DNA of 63,047 bases, the filler included, from Craspedostauros australis (lineage: Eukaryota): assembly GCA_030167865.1 (NCBI GenBank). It is 19 parts of 19 records of this genome, joined end to end, with 100 filler letters (N's around TTAATTAATTAA, not from the genome) between each part and the next. Parts side by side here need not be neighbours in the genome. Positions count along the whole stretch, not along the records: positions 10,353 to 26,239 come from JALAGF010002363.1; 18 more parts are not named here. The stretch is one strand, 5' to 3'. Shown here in pieces: positions 11,682 through 24,026 of the stretch; position 1 is the first letter of the stretch; each line of letters starts with the position of its first letter. The translations under genes were made by a program, and so were the position numbers. Under the pieces are notes generated by a model, which did not search any database, had not been told where the DNA came from, and saw only the letters and a list, made by a program, of their open reading frames with translations.

Positions 11682-12170
11682 CGAGATGAGCTTCTTTCGC
11701 TGCGGTCGGTCTGAATCGCGGGTCCTTGTTGTTGTTGTTGTTTGTTGTGGGGGGTAAATGCACTCTCTCCAAGTTCTGCCATTGTCATGTTCTCCGTCAT
11801 TGCATGCATTCCTCTCCTGTTGCTGTCGTCATCTTGCTTCTGTTCTTCCATTCTTGTTGCGATGACGCAGATTGATGGCTGACTACTTTCGTTGTTCGTA
11901 TTCGAAATTGGGGACGAATTGGGAACAGCCTGCTTGATTTGAACAATAATTCAGTCATTCTCGTGTCGGTTCAATCACAACTGTTTGGTCGACTTAATCG
12001 AGTGTTATATCGGAGATGAGGTAAATTAACGTATCTTGCGACTTTGAGATGGAATAAGATCCTCGCCAACGCGACCGACAGTGCCTTGGCTGTACGAATA
12101 CGTTTACATCTTGAACATCCTTCTTATTATACCTGTAACTACACTCCGCAACAGGTCATTCCTTCTCAGG

Positions 12171-14125
12171 CTAGATAGGCACAGGCTCTCTGCTGTTCCC
12201 CAAACGAGCGAGATGTATGAAGGCATCGGTTCCGTATCCCTCCATGCTCATGATGCTGAGGTCGCCGCCGAAGTACCGGCAGTAGCTCCTGGAGATCGGC
12301 AGGCCGTATCCCAGCCCTGCCAAGGGCGCGTCGGTGCTGTGATCAAGCTCCGTCGCGTTGGTTCCAATCATTCCTTCCTGTACGGAGGGATCCGCGGTGG
12401 TGAAGAGGTAGGACCAGATCTTTTCGCTGTTGCTCCTCGAAATGCCACCGCCCTGGTCGCTCACTTTGATCACCACATCCTCGTTGTCCTTGCCATCTGC
12501 GATGATGACTTGGATGGGTGGGTAATCGGCGTCGATGCCATGGAATTCCACCGTGGCACGCATCGAGTTCTTCAGCAATTCCAACATGATGTAATCTGCA
12601 AAAAGAGCACGAGAAAAGCATATGCACAGCGAATGCGGTTGTCGATGAGATCAATGAAAATAATTGCGAGCAAGATCATGCAGAGTAAGATATTGTATGT
12701 AGCAAGGCGGGGTTGGGGAAGTGCACAGTTTGGTCGAGGATACATCGAACAGTCAATCAGTCAGTAAGACAATCAATCAGTCAATCAGCCAATCAAGCAA
12801 TCAATTGACCACCCGGAAATGTACTCGTATACACTTACGAAGATGAGTGGGAACGTAGGGGAACGTCAAATCCAACCGCCCGCTGATGACGACGTCCGGC
12901 GCATCGCAGTACTTGCGATCGCACATGTAGGCGGCATCGTCGATGGCCCGCTTGACAATTTCGTACGGGGACGTGACGTCGCAGATGAGGCCGATGTAAT
13001 TCTGCAACGGCGGCTCCCGCAGCGCCAAGTACTGACCGATCAGCATACGGATGCCAATACGGCACAGGTAGAAGCGATCGAGGAAGGCGTGCGTTTCCTC
13101 CATGTGCGCAAAGAGGTGATTCTGTCCCGTCGATCTGTGCGTCTGCGCCACGTGGTTGCGGAATTCATGCGCGCCACGCGCCATCTGCACGAGGACCTTG
13201 GAATGACGCTTGTAAATGCTCTCCACCAGCTCCGCAAAGGCCTCCTCCTGCTGGATGGATTTGATCTGCGTGTCGAATTCCACGAGCTCCAGCAGCGATT
13301 GCGTGTAGAGTTGCTTGACCAATTTGACAGACTCCATCTCCCTCATCAACGGCACGCGTTCCAGATCATGGATGCGATGCGCCAACCGAATGGGGAGCTC
13401 CCGTCTCAAAAAGCTGGCAACCTGAAACACGCAGGAGCAGAGCGTGTATGTGGTGGACGTGCACGAGTATCACATGAAAGATGATTGCACTGTGAGTGAG
13501 AAACAAAGATGAATACTGCATGAACAATGAACGGATCAGGCATTTGCATGCGTCGGTTGCCTTTGGTTGGTATTCACACGAGGAATCCATTGGGTAAGGC
13601 TGTGGAGAGCATTTTCGTTGCCAACAAGTATTGGAATGCCAGCAACATCTCATTTTCACTCATCTCTCGTCACTCGTCACTCGTCACTCATCACACTCAT
13701 AATCACAGCCTCAAATCTCATGCATACATGCATACGGCATTGTCTCCACTCACCTGCATCAACACGAGCTCCGTTGCGGAATGTTCATGCGTGATGGACG
13801 GATCCGTGGGCGTTTTGTAATCAATCTTCTCGCCTCGTCCCGTCTCCATCAGGACCTTGAGACTGACGGAGGTTTGAGGTTGATGCGCATGCTTATAGAT
13901 GAGATCGCTGACTGCGGCCGTGACACCTTCGAAGGGCTTGTCGAACTCCAACAATCTGCTGGTGGTGGAAAAGCATCGCATGCAGTTTGGTCGCAGGCTG
14001 GTCTGGGATCGTGCTTGTGCATAATGCAGGCTGCGTCTCGTGACAAGGGAGCGGAGGCTCGGTCGTCCAATCAATCTGAACATGGTCGTTGTCGTCGTTG
14101 TCCTCATCATCATCATCATCATCAT
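12171..14125 (-). CDS. PDK: Mitochondrial pyruvate dehydrogenase kinase (PDK/BCKDK family), 3 exons
   Basis: Exons 14125 (or 14083)-13754, 13421-12839 and 12595-12171 join in phase via GT-AG introns. Motifs SFLRRELPIRLAHRI, FLDRFYLCRIGIRMLIGQ, PTHLHYIMLELLKNSMRA, IKVSDQGGG and GYGLPISR.Y.RYFGGDL. Confidence 0.93.
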
Positions 14126-15180
14126 GATCTCTTTCAAGGTTGTGGTCTATTCTATCTCGGGTCAGGGAAGGCGCAATCGGTCGCCTTGTCTTGTGCTGCG
14201 ATTGCAATTGCAAGCGTATTTGTATTTGTGTATGTATTTGTGCTTGCGTCCTCGGGTGCGATCACGTTCAGGTTCCGTTTTGTGATGACCTTCCAAGATA
14301 CACCGACGAACCACACGCCGTGCGTTGTCCTTCTACCTTGTGCGTGTTATGGAGTATGAGTCTGGATGGTTGTGATTGTGAGATTGCTTCTGCCTTCTCT
14401 GCCTTGCTTGTTTGTAATGTTTGTTTGTGCTTTTACTTGTGTGCTCTGAAACAATGTGAGCTCGGTGAGTCCAATTGATGCGAACAAAGCGACGACTGCT
14501 GTGCTGCGTGTGTGTGTGTGTATCAGCGAAGAAGGAGAAGAAGTGGTGACATGCGATCGATCTTGTTGGGAACAGATGACGCAGCGTCACGACAGACAGT
14601 GCCAATCAATGTTGATGCGCCAGTCATGGCGGCGAAAACGAAGCCAGAGCATCATCACACACAAGAGTGCGATGTGATGTGATGCAATGCAATGCGACGC
14701 AGCGTGATGTGACGCGGAGGATCTCTGTTTCTCTTGTGTGTCGCGTCGCCTTGGTTGACACCTCCATCCGCCCAGCCATCACACCATGTTCGTTTCCTAG
14801 TCGTACACGACACGAATGATTCCTTCGAACGAAACTTCACGACTAATTCAGTATCGGATGCTATGTTTGTGAAGCAAGAACGTCCATACTTCGCTTGGTT
14901 GTACCAGAAACTCAGTCCAACAACATCCTCATGACAATGTACTCCATAGAAGACGACACAATGAAGTCATCGAGTGCACACTATTCGTATTGGTTGGTAC
15001 AATAGAACTGGTAGTCTTCCATCCATCCATCCACTCATCTATCAATTCATCTGTCCGTTCATCCGTCTTTTCTGACCACACAATCGCTCAGAAGATGATG
15101 GATGGTGTAGCATACGGTCCGTCCATTCATCCATCCAATGGCCCATTCAACACATGCTATTGCTCCTATGAGTAGTATTC

Positions 15181-18100
15181 CTACTGCTGCTTCAAGATCT
15201 CACTTGCCGGTTTCAGACCAGATGATCCGCCACCGCCGCTGCTTGCCTTCAGCACCAATGGCGTCAGCACGTACGTTGCTGCGGCAACGGATGCCGCATG
15301 CGTCCAGCTCGACGGCACAACTGGTGCCTTCTCCATCGATGGCTCGATCATGCGCTTGTAGATGCCGTAACCGCCCAGTACGCCTGCTGCCAGCATGGTG
15401 GGCAGTTGACGCACGCGACGTTGCTTCTTATGCGCGACCTCCGTGTGCTCGCAGATGGTGTTGCAGATCCGGATGGTGCGTTGCAGGGATGGATCATGCA
15501 CGCCCTTGCGTTGGTTCGCCATGGCCCGTCTCAACACGGTGTGGGCGAACTGGTAGAACACCTCGTGCACCTCATCCAGCGAGTTCGTCATGCGGATCAA
15601 CTTGCATGACAGGCCCTTGCGGATCTTCACCACGCCCGTGAAGACATCGAGGTTGGAGTAGACCTTCTCGAGCGTCGCGATGGCCATCACCTGCGGGATG
15701 GCGCAGAACTTGAACACCTCGTAGCATTGGAGCTTGGACAAGTACGCCAAGCAATCGGGGGCGAGCTCCAGAGCGTCCGTCACCAGCTCGTTCACACAGG
15801 CCAGAGACTGCGTTCGCACTTCGGCGTCGGTCTGATCCGTGAAGTATCCCAAATCACCGGTCTTCGAGTGCTTCTTCCACACCGTTTGTGGCCAGAAGGC
15901 GCGGCCGTCCACGTAGTCCTCCAGGTAATCGCGGATGATGTTGGTCTTTTGCAGGAACATACCCATCTGATCGCTGAGGTACAGCTCGCTGGCGAATGTT
16001 TGCTTTTCCAATCCGGTGGCCGCGAACAGACGGCTCAGGCCTTCTCCCACCAAACCGGCGACGAAGTGGCAGTAGCGGTTGTACTGCTTGACATCCGTGG
16101 TTCCCTGTCCCAAATCCTTGCCAACGAATTCCGCCATACCCGTGGCCATGCGCTGCGTGATGTCGGTGACGATGCTCTGCGATTTGGCGCTGAGCTTGGC
16201 GAAGACGCGGTGGACCTTGTCGAAGTGCTGCAGCAGTTTCTTTTCGTCGGCTTCGCCCACACCGTCCATGGTCCACGTGGGATCTGCCAACGCCGTCTTG
16301 TGAAAGTTGAGGAGATGCTTGATCTTGACATCGTTGCTGGCGAAGGCTTGCATGTCATCCTCGACGGTATCCAACGCGCGCAGGACGAGGTAGAAGATGA
16401 GGATGTCCACCAGCATGGTCGGCGGTAGCTGACGAATGACGGCGGCAAAGCTGCGGGACACCTTCACCAGGATTTCGTTGCAGAATGCCACATCATCCTC
16501 ATCGAATTGATTTTTTACGAACTCTGTGTTCAGGTTGGACTTCAGCGGGTTGATGTACATGAGGGAGATGGCAGAGAAGACTTCGTCAAGGTGCGAGAGT
16601 TGTGCCAGTTTGGACTCCTTGTGGGTCTTGAGCTTGCCGTAGGCTCCCTGCTTCTTGCTGCATTGTGGAAAATACGATGTGCCCAAACGAATGTTGTGAG
16701 TTGAGGGTAGCGGCGCGAGACGAAAGGCGAGAAGAAAGTGGATGCATGATATGGTGTGAGCATTTGTATACACATTCTACTCGTACGCGTAGAGCAGTGT
16801 GACGCTGACGAATTGACCTGCGAGTACGAGTACTACAGTCTGGTGGAGTCCCACATTCTCCTTGTCGGTTGGCTGTGTGGTGTTTCGTCTGCCTCTGCCA
16901 AATCCGCCGATTCTCCAGTCCATTGATTGTCACGTACGCATCTTGCGTGCATGCAGCGTCTTGCAGAATCAGGGTGCAGAAAAGTATTAAATCATCATTC
17001 ATCCACTCATCTCTGCATCCATTCACCAATGAATCAATCTGATGCACTCGATGCAACAACGAAACCTACCTGGTATCGCCATTGGTCTCAGCACCGAACA
17101 ATGGACCAGCATCGCCGCCGCCACCGAAATGCTCCTTCGGTGGATCGAATTTGTGGATGGTGACGTAGTCGCAATGGACATCGGTTTCCATCGTCTCCTT
17201 GAGATTCTTCCACCACGAGTTAAGCAACCACTTCTTGCAGATGAGACGGAACCAGGGACTGAAGAGAAGTTTCTTGTCCTCCATCATTTCCAAGAGCACT
17301 TCGCGCGTGACCCATTTGGTGTCATCCACTTCATCAGGATGTGGCTTCAGCGTGATTTCGGATTTGTTCTTGACGCAGAAGAAGAGGACGTAGTCGATTT
17401 CGTGCTCTCCCCACGGGCTGTGAGTTGGTGCGGTACGGACGTTGAATAGATTATGCGAGTGTGAGTGGTTGGAGCATGCATGCACAAGGCAGGCGAAGTA
17501 ATGCGAGAATTGATCAACGGTACATCGAGTGCTCGGGATATTTGCCGTGCCGATCGAAACATTCAATTTCAAATGAATGCTCGCACACACCACACTATGT
17601 ACGATGCAACACATTGCATCATTCCACCAACAGCAAACAGTCATGACTCACCTCTTCTTGCCATGCGTGACAGTATCAGCAGCCCAGTAATGCAACCGAG
17701 TGAGGAATTTGAACTTGCCGACGGGAACCTGCGACGCTGGAATTCCCAATTCGTGAAGGAGCTTGCGCACCGCAGCATTCTTGACGCCCATGACGGTGCC
17801 GTTGGCAACATCCGCTGGCGTGTCCACCTCGGGTGCCTCCATTCCATGCAACGGATGAGAGCAACATGTGTTCGTCCAGACCTGGTTGCGAATGAGAAGT
17901 GGCAAATGAATGGATGGACGAACACATGATTATGAATGTGAGAGGGCGGTCCAATGTTGGCCAAGTGGGTGGGTGGGTGAGCTTGCTCTTCATTCAAGAG
18001 AAAATATTGGCATTGCTTGACAGAAAGATCACACAAAATACGAACGCATGTCGCTCCAGTCCTTCTCCTTGTCCTCGTCATCATCCATGAAAAGCGAAGC

Positions 18101-18370
18101 TCCACTCACATTGGGAAAGGTGATCTTGGTGCTTGCGCGCTGCTGCAGCAAGAGCTCGTTGGTGGATTCGTCAAAGAGGAAGACGGAGAATGCGCGGTGC
18201 AGGATGCCCCTCGGCTGGTCCTTCGTGAACTCGTGGGAGGTGCGCTTGGAGGCAGAGCCCATGACGTTGTCCTTCGGATCCAGCACCAGCACAGTGTCCT
18301 TCTCCATCATGTCGGTTTGGGTCATGGCATTGCCATCCCATTTGTTGGCGGCTTGCTTCGAATCGGCCAT
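15181..18370 (-). CDS. IDISQS: Isopentenyl-diphosphate isomerase / squalene synthase fusion protein, 4 exons, ~771 aa
   Basis: Exons 18370-18110, 17881-17652, 17417-17070 and 16657-15181 join in phase (2316 nt). IDI motifs LHRAFSVFLF, WTNTCCSHP, WGEHEIDY and FSPWF. SQS motifs VSRSFA, LRALDTVEDD, YCHFVAGLVG, FLQKTNIIRDYLED, FCAIPQVMAIATL and VKIRKG, plus a hydrophobic C-terminal anchor. Confidence 0.95.
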
Positions 18371-18657
18371 GGTTGCTGTTGATCTGCGCTTCTTCTTTCG
18401 TTGTCGAATTGATCTTCTGCCTTGTATTATGTAATATTGTATGAATCAATGGTTGTGGAATGCGACAAGAGAGGTGTTGCTTCTGTCGATCTTTCGCCTC
18501 AAAGTTGGTTTATGAATGCAAGCGTTGTTCCAGTGGCCGTTCCTTGGCTTCTGGGTGCAGTATCATCGTGCGCAACAACACCAATGATCAGATTTCGTGT
18601 GTTCTCATCTCGCGCGCGTGTGTGTGCGAGCGAAGGTATTTTCTTCTTCCGTGTCAT

Positions 18658-19761
18658 TAGAGGCCTATCGCATTTCACATTGGGAGTCCCACGGTACAAA
18701 ATAACCTAATAATGACATTTTTAGAGGGGCAACATGCGAACTTCCCCCTCGGAAAGTGAAACTCGATTGCGTTTTAGGAGCCAAAAACACAATTGAGTTT
18801 CACATTGCAGTCCCGGCAAGCCAACCTTCCACGTGTTGAAACGAAACCAATGGCCAATCATTTCTCTTCATTTGCCGCAAGGTTGAGTCGTCCTTGTCGT
18901 GCCGATGATAGTTTTTTGAGATGCTAGTGATGATGAAACTAGCATTCCGAATGAGGGGTGCATGGAGCGATAGAGAGCGATTACGATGTCGAATATGCCT
19001 GTAAGCTTCACATATGATATCTGCGCGCAAGTAGCAAAGGTCCCCTTCATGATCCAGCTGAGGAATCATTGCTCATATTCTATTTCACCCGATACAACAT
19101 CCGCGGCGTGTTCCTGATGCTCTGAGGACTAGTGTCGTCAGATACGACCAGGGACTTCTACCAACGCGCATTTTGCATCCTTTGGAGATCCTGACTGCCG
19201 TATCGGAAGTCGTTGGTGGCCTCCAACCAACCCAACATGCAATCGCAATAGTTCTGTGTAGACTGCGTGAAGAGCTTCTATTGGACAACAAACTGCTGAT
19301 CTATCTCCATGATACGGTGATCAAGAGGTCTCTGTCGTCGATATTGGCAACAGAGCCTTGAACAAGCAATGAATTATCAGGGACAAAATGCTTGCGCATA
19401 TGTTACCGGACCTCTGTTAGTAGCAAAGTTGAGACAGAAGAGATGGCAGCGAAACTCTCACAACACAAAGCTCCTAAGAGGAGAAAGAGGGATGTGCGTT
19501 GCGTGCAACTCAGAGCACACCCATTAACGATCCTATCATCCTTTGGTCTCAACAAGTGATGCGATAACCTGCAACGAAGCATTCATATCAGAGCAGCCTA
19601 AACTCGAACTCTATTCTACAGAAGAGAAGCCGATTCAGTCATGTTGGTCGTCTTTCTGAGTAGGTCACGAACGAGTCACGAGTACCAATGTGAAATCCGA
19701 ACATGAGTGCCACATGTGACATGAACACAGGGGTGTGAATGTGAAATGCGATAGGCCTCTA
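18658..19761. mobile_element. Non-autonomous TIR DNA transposon relic (~1.1 kb), possibly hAT-derived
   Basis: Perfect 24-bp inverted repeat TAGAGGCCTATCGCATTTCACATT (18658-18681) / AATGTGAAATGCGATAGGCCTCTA (19738-19761). Subterminal copies of TTTCACATTG near 18798 and, inverted, near 19686. No intact ORF. Confidence 0.8.
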
Positions 19762-20059
19762 TTTCCGTTGAGGAAATTTGCGAAATCTCAACGACGTCTG
19801 GTCGCCGTCCACTGGTGAATAATTCGTGACTTGCAGATAAGATACCATCTGCAACACTTCATGTTCTCCGAACCCAAACGGAGCAGAGGAACAACGACAT
19901 TGCAGCATTCTCAACTCTGCCATGTTGTGTCTCTCTGGAGAGAGAGAGAGTCATCTGCCCCACGCAAAGACGGACAAGACGGAATGATCGATGCATTACA
20001 TCCCATCTATTATAGAACACTCCACGTATAATACTATATAAGTGTCTGTTTGCGTCACA

Positions 20060-21820
20060 TCAGCCGTTCCACCTGAGATGGTCCACATCCGAAATGACGA
20101 GACGGTGATCCGCCTTGTACCAAACCCATTCACTGTAGAACATGGTGCGCCCGGATGGGTGGATGCGAGCTTCATACGTCTCAGCATCAGTGGAAACACG
20201 AGCAGCTGGTGCGTTTGCATGTCGTCGCACAGGCCAACGATAGATACTATCACCCATGACATAAAAAGCGTACACGACGGTTGAGCAAGATGAGAAGATG
20301 ATGGCGGAGATTCCGGCTTGGTCAACTGCACACAGCCTATCCGTTTGGGAATCAGAGTCATGGGCGGAGAGATCTGATCGTCTTCTCAAGGTCACTTGGT
20401 GGCGGTTCGCTCTCTCGCTATCAACCTTCCTGGTTTCGGCGTCGTACTGTTCCATCTGGCCGTTGCCGCCGTTTGCACCAACACGGCGATCGTGTTGTGC
20501 GACTGTCATGTCATCAGCAGCATCGCCATCATCACCATCATCGCCATCATTGGCATCATCATGATAAGAGACATCCCACAAGCGCATTGTGTTGTCCTTG
20601 CATACACCCATCAACATGGTCCCATCCGGGCTGAACCATACATGAGTGTAGAACTTGTTGTGGTCTTCCAACAAAATCTCCGTGCCATCTGCATCCAGCA
20701 ACTGAATGCCTCCTTTCTCCCCGTTTTCGAGGGCGATCGTTTCACCATCCCGTGGGGAGACAGACACATGGGAGAAATCGCCGTCTTGCACATGCAATTC
20801 TGTGGGCAACGTATCCTTCGGTTCTTCGACACCCGTCGCAACATGCACATCCCAACGGAAGAGCGACCTGTCGACCACATACACGATGGAGTAGACCTGT
20901 TCCGAGTGCGAATGTGATCTGTGAGCGGCAGCATGGGTACAGCCAGCTGTTGGATGGCGTTGTTGTTGTGTTCGGTTGGGTTCATTCAAGAATGCGACTG
21001 GGCCAAATCGGCGTTTGTGGCGTTGTGGATGCTGCACAGCACGAATGCAGCTGTAATCAGCCATACTCCAAAAGCGTATCGTGCTGTCGGAGTCCAAGGA
21101 GACCAACACATGTGGTTGCGTTCCACTGCCACTGCCACTGTTGCTGTTACTTGGACTCCCATTCAGACGCTGTCGCGAAAAGCAAACAGAGCCGACTGCG
21201 AACGGCAGCTCATACAGATTGTGGGCCGCTCCATTCTCGCACACATCCCACACAAGAAGTGTGCCTGTTGGGCCTCCGCAAACCAGATACGATCCATCTG
21301 AGGAGATATCCATGCACTTCGAGAATTCTGGGAACGTGAGCGAAGCTTTGGACGGCCATGGCGGAAGTAAACTGCGATTGCGAATGGATGTCTTCACCAG
21401 TGCGTACACTTCCTTGTTGGAGATGGCTGCATCGAAGAATCCCTTCCTTGTATCGATGAAAGGGAGAATCGAGGACACGATCAAGGCGGCTGGGATGAGT
21501 GGAATGGCTGGTGTGGCTGGTGCGTTCGGAGAAGTCTTGATGTCTTGTCTGTGTGTCTTGGCGAGGCGATCATCGTCGTCTTTCGTGTGTCCACCTGCGG
21601 GTTTCTTGTCGTTCATGGCTGATCTTGTTGCTGTGTTCCTCGATGGAGTTGACGTGCCGTTGCTCGTGAATGCAAATGATTGTGGGATCGTATCGTAGAG
21701 AGAATTCTTTCGTGCTGCCGATGGGCAGGAAGCCCTTCGTGTCCGCTGGGGGTTGGCCTCACTCTGATGAAGGAGTGTTTGTGTCTTCGTGTTTGCTTGG
21801 TGTTCGGTGGGAGAGTCCAC
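20060..21820 (-). CDS. F-box-like/WD40-repeat protein
   Basis: IPAALIVSSILPFI...PPWP N-terminal box, then WD repeats (CMDISSDGSYLVCGGPTGTLLVWD, DSTIRFWS, VWFSPDGTMLMGVCKDNTMRLWD). The ORF start at 21820 is GTG; the first in-frame ATG is at 21616. Confidence 0.75.
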   Translation of the reverse strand: MDSPTEHQANTKTQTLLHQSEANPQRTRRASCPSAARKNSLYDTIPQSFAFTSNGTSTPSRNTATRSAMNDKKPAGGHTKDDDDRLAKTHRQDIKTSPNAPATPAIPLIPAALIVSSILPFIDTRKGFFDAAISNKEVYALVKTSIRNRSLLPPWPSKASLTFPEFSKCMDISSDGSYLVCGGPTGTLLVWDVCENGAAHNLYELPFAVGSVCFSRQRLNGSPSNSNSGSGSGTQPHVLVSLDSDSTIRFWSMADYSCIRAVQHPQRHKRRFGPVAFLNEPNRTQQQRHPTAGCTHAAAHRSHSHSEQVYSIVYVVDRSLFRWDVHVATGVEEPKDTLPTELHVQDGDFSHVSVSPRDGETIALENGEKGGIQLLDADGTEILLEDHNKFYTHVWFSPDGTMLMGVCKDNTMRLWDVSYHDDANDGDDGDDGDAADDMTVAQHDRRVGANGGNGQMEQYDAETRKVDSERANRHQVTLRRRSDLSAHDSDSQTDRLCAVDQAGISAIIFSSCSTVVYAFYVMGDSIYRWPVRRHANAPAARVSTDAETYEARIHPSGRTMFYSEWVWYKADHRLVISDVDHLRWNG

Positions 21821-22169
21821 ATGATTCTGTCAGTTGAACGCGCTGATGAATCTTGGGCGATCTTATTGGGGGTTCGGGCGAATACATAATCTCCTTCGGT
21901 TTGAAGAAACCAAATCTGTTCTTCGCTGGATCGCTGCCGTACTTCCATCGACATCTCCTCCCACTTCTCGCCACCACATGCTCCAGAATACTCGCAGCCA
22001 CTCCCTCTCTACTCGTGCGCAGAGGGCCAAGTGCGCACCATGAGCAGATACAACTTTCCACATCGATTCTGATTGTCTAATTTGTACAATATAATACTTA
22101 CGATGGGCAGAGCATTCCACCCGCAGAGAGTATGGTACAGTACAATCGGATACCCAGAATCCGTGAAAC

Positions 22170-24026
22170 TCAATGCGTCGCGATACTCTCGAGCATGTCA
22201 AAGTAGGTGGGGAAGGTCTTGGCGGTGCATCCCGGATCGTTGATGATGACGTTGACTCCGGCGCAGGCAGCGAGACTGAAGGTCATGGCCATGCGGTGAT
22301 CGTCGTAGGTCTCGATGAGGACGTTGTCGTTGACCTTATTGCCGGCCGGCGGGTGGATGATGCAGTAGTCCTCGAATTCTTCCACCTTGGCTCCCAGCTT
22401 GGTGCATTCGGCGACGATGGCTTTCATGCGCTCCGTCTCCTTGAGACGCCACGAGTAGACATTGCGGATGGTGGTGGGTCCCTCGGCGAAGAGGGCGACG
22501 ACGGCCAGCGTCATGGCTGCATCCGGGATCTTGCCGCAATCGACATCGACTCCCTTGAGCTGGACGTTGGGATCACGCGTGACCGTGATGCTCTCGGCAG
22601 CCCACGTAACCTTGGCGCCCATCTGCTCCATGACGTCGGCAAAGGCGACATCTCCCTGCACGCTCTCCGACCCGCAGCCGCGCACGGTGACTGTGCCACC
22701 CGTGATGGCAGCGCCCGCGATGAAGTAGCTTGCCGAGCTGGCGTCACCTTCGACGAGGACGGACTCGGGGCTGACGTACTTTTCGGATTCGGCAATCTGA
22801 AAGGATGGCTTGCCGTCCATGTCGCCGATGATTTCTACGTTGACGCCGAACTTCTTCATGAGACCGATGGTCAAGGCGACGTAGGGTGCGGAGATGAGCT
22901 CGTCCTTGATCTCGATTGTGACGGCACCTTCCACGAGCGGCGCCGACATGAGCAACGCCGAAAGGAATTGCGAAGACATCTTTCCGCTGATCACGGCCTA
23001 CCTCGTGGTGTATTGGGATATCGTGCGAGTGATATGGTTTGCATTGGAATTGCATTGCATTCGTGTAGCGGTTTGAGTTCGTTTGAGCTCATCGATTTCA
23101 AATCAATTCACACGCAGCCATTGATGAACGACAGAGCGTGTTGCAAAGTGTGAGCCAGTATGCGCCAATACAGTTCCATCTGGTACGAGGACGCGCGTTT
23201 CCGCCTTTTTGTCTCATCTCGTCTCATAATTTGTCCTTGCGCGTCCATTCGTCGCATCCTTCGGCAGAGAGGAGAGTCGAATATTCTGTAGAACAGTACA
23301 TAACTTCAAGCATTCCATCCATCCATCCATCCATCCATCCATCCATCCATCCCACACATTTCGCCATCATGACACAAAACGTGTGGAGCAAGCAGTACCC
23401 ACCTTGCCTCCCTTCAAACCATTCGCGTTGATGGTGACTGGAGGACAACCAGTCTCCTCCACGCATTGCACATCGGCACCCAACTGCTGCAGACCATCCA
23501 CGAGATCGGCGATGGGACGCTCCCGCATGCGCGGCACACCGTCCAGCACGAACTTGCCCTTGCCCATGCAGAGCGCGGCGGCGAGGGGTCGCATGGCGGT
23601 TCCCGCGTTTCCAAGGAACAGCTCGCAGACCTCATCGGCACCGAGCGGCGAGTTGATGGGTCCGGCCTGACCGCCGATCGTGACGGACTCGGGGCTGTGC
23701 TTCTCCAGCGGCACCTTCGTGGCCTCCAATGCCTCCAGCATGTAGCGAATGTCGTCGCTCTCCAGCAGGTTGTCGACCTTCGTCGATCCCTCGCTGAGCG
23801 CGGCCAGCAACAGGCAGCGGTTGCTCAACGACTTGGATCCTGGCAGAGTGACCGTGCCATCCAGGCTCTTGATCGGCGTGACGGTCAGCGTCTCGAGGCC
23901 CGATGTGGACATGGAAAGGCTGGTGGACGCATGGTGCGTCTGCTGCCTCGAGATCATTGGCGTGAACGCATCGGCGTGCGGCAGGGTGGCCACAGCCAGG
24001 CTCACAATCAGCTTCTTGAACATCAT
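22170..24026 (-). CDS. EPSPS: 5-enolpyruvylshikimate-3-phosphate synthase, plastid-targeted, 2 exons, ~483 aa
   Basis: Exons 24026-23403 and 22997-22170. Motifs [73 protein letters not shown] and KTFP. Signal peptide followed by an ADA-FTP (ASAFAP-like) motif. Confidence 0.97.
23313..23352 (+). repeat. (TCCA)n microsatellite in the EPSPS intron
   Basis: About ten consecutive TCCA/ATCC units. Confidence 0.85.

Noticed and set aside
16658..16773. Independent start for a stand-alone squalene synthase
   Set aside because: The ORF start at 16773 is a GTG inside the intron. A good acceptor at 16658 joins SQS in phase to IDI.
22173..23153. 326-aa plus-strand ORF
   Set aside because: Antisense shadow of EPSPS exon 2 caused by codon bias; no motifs.
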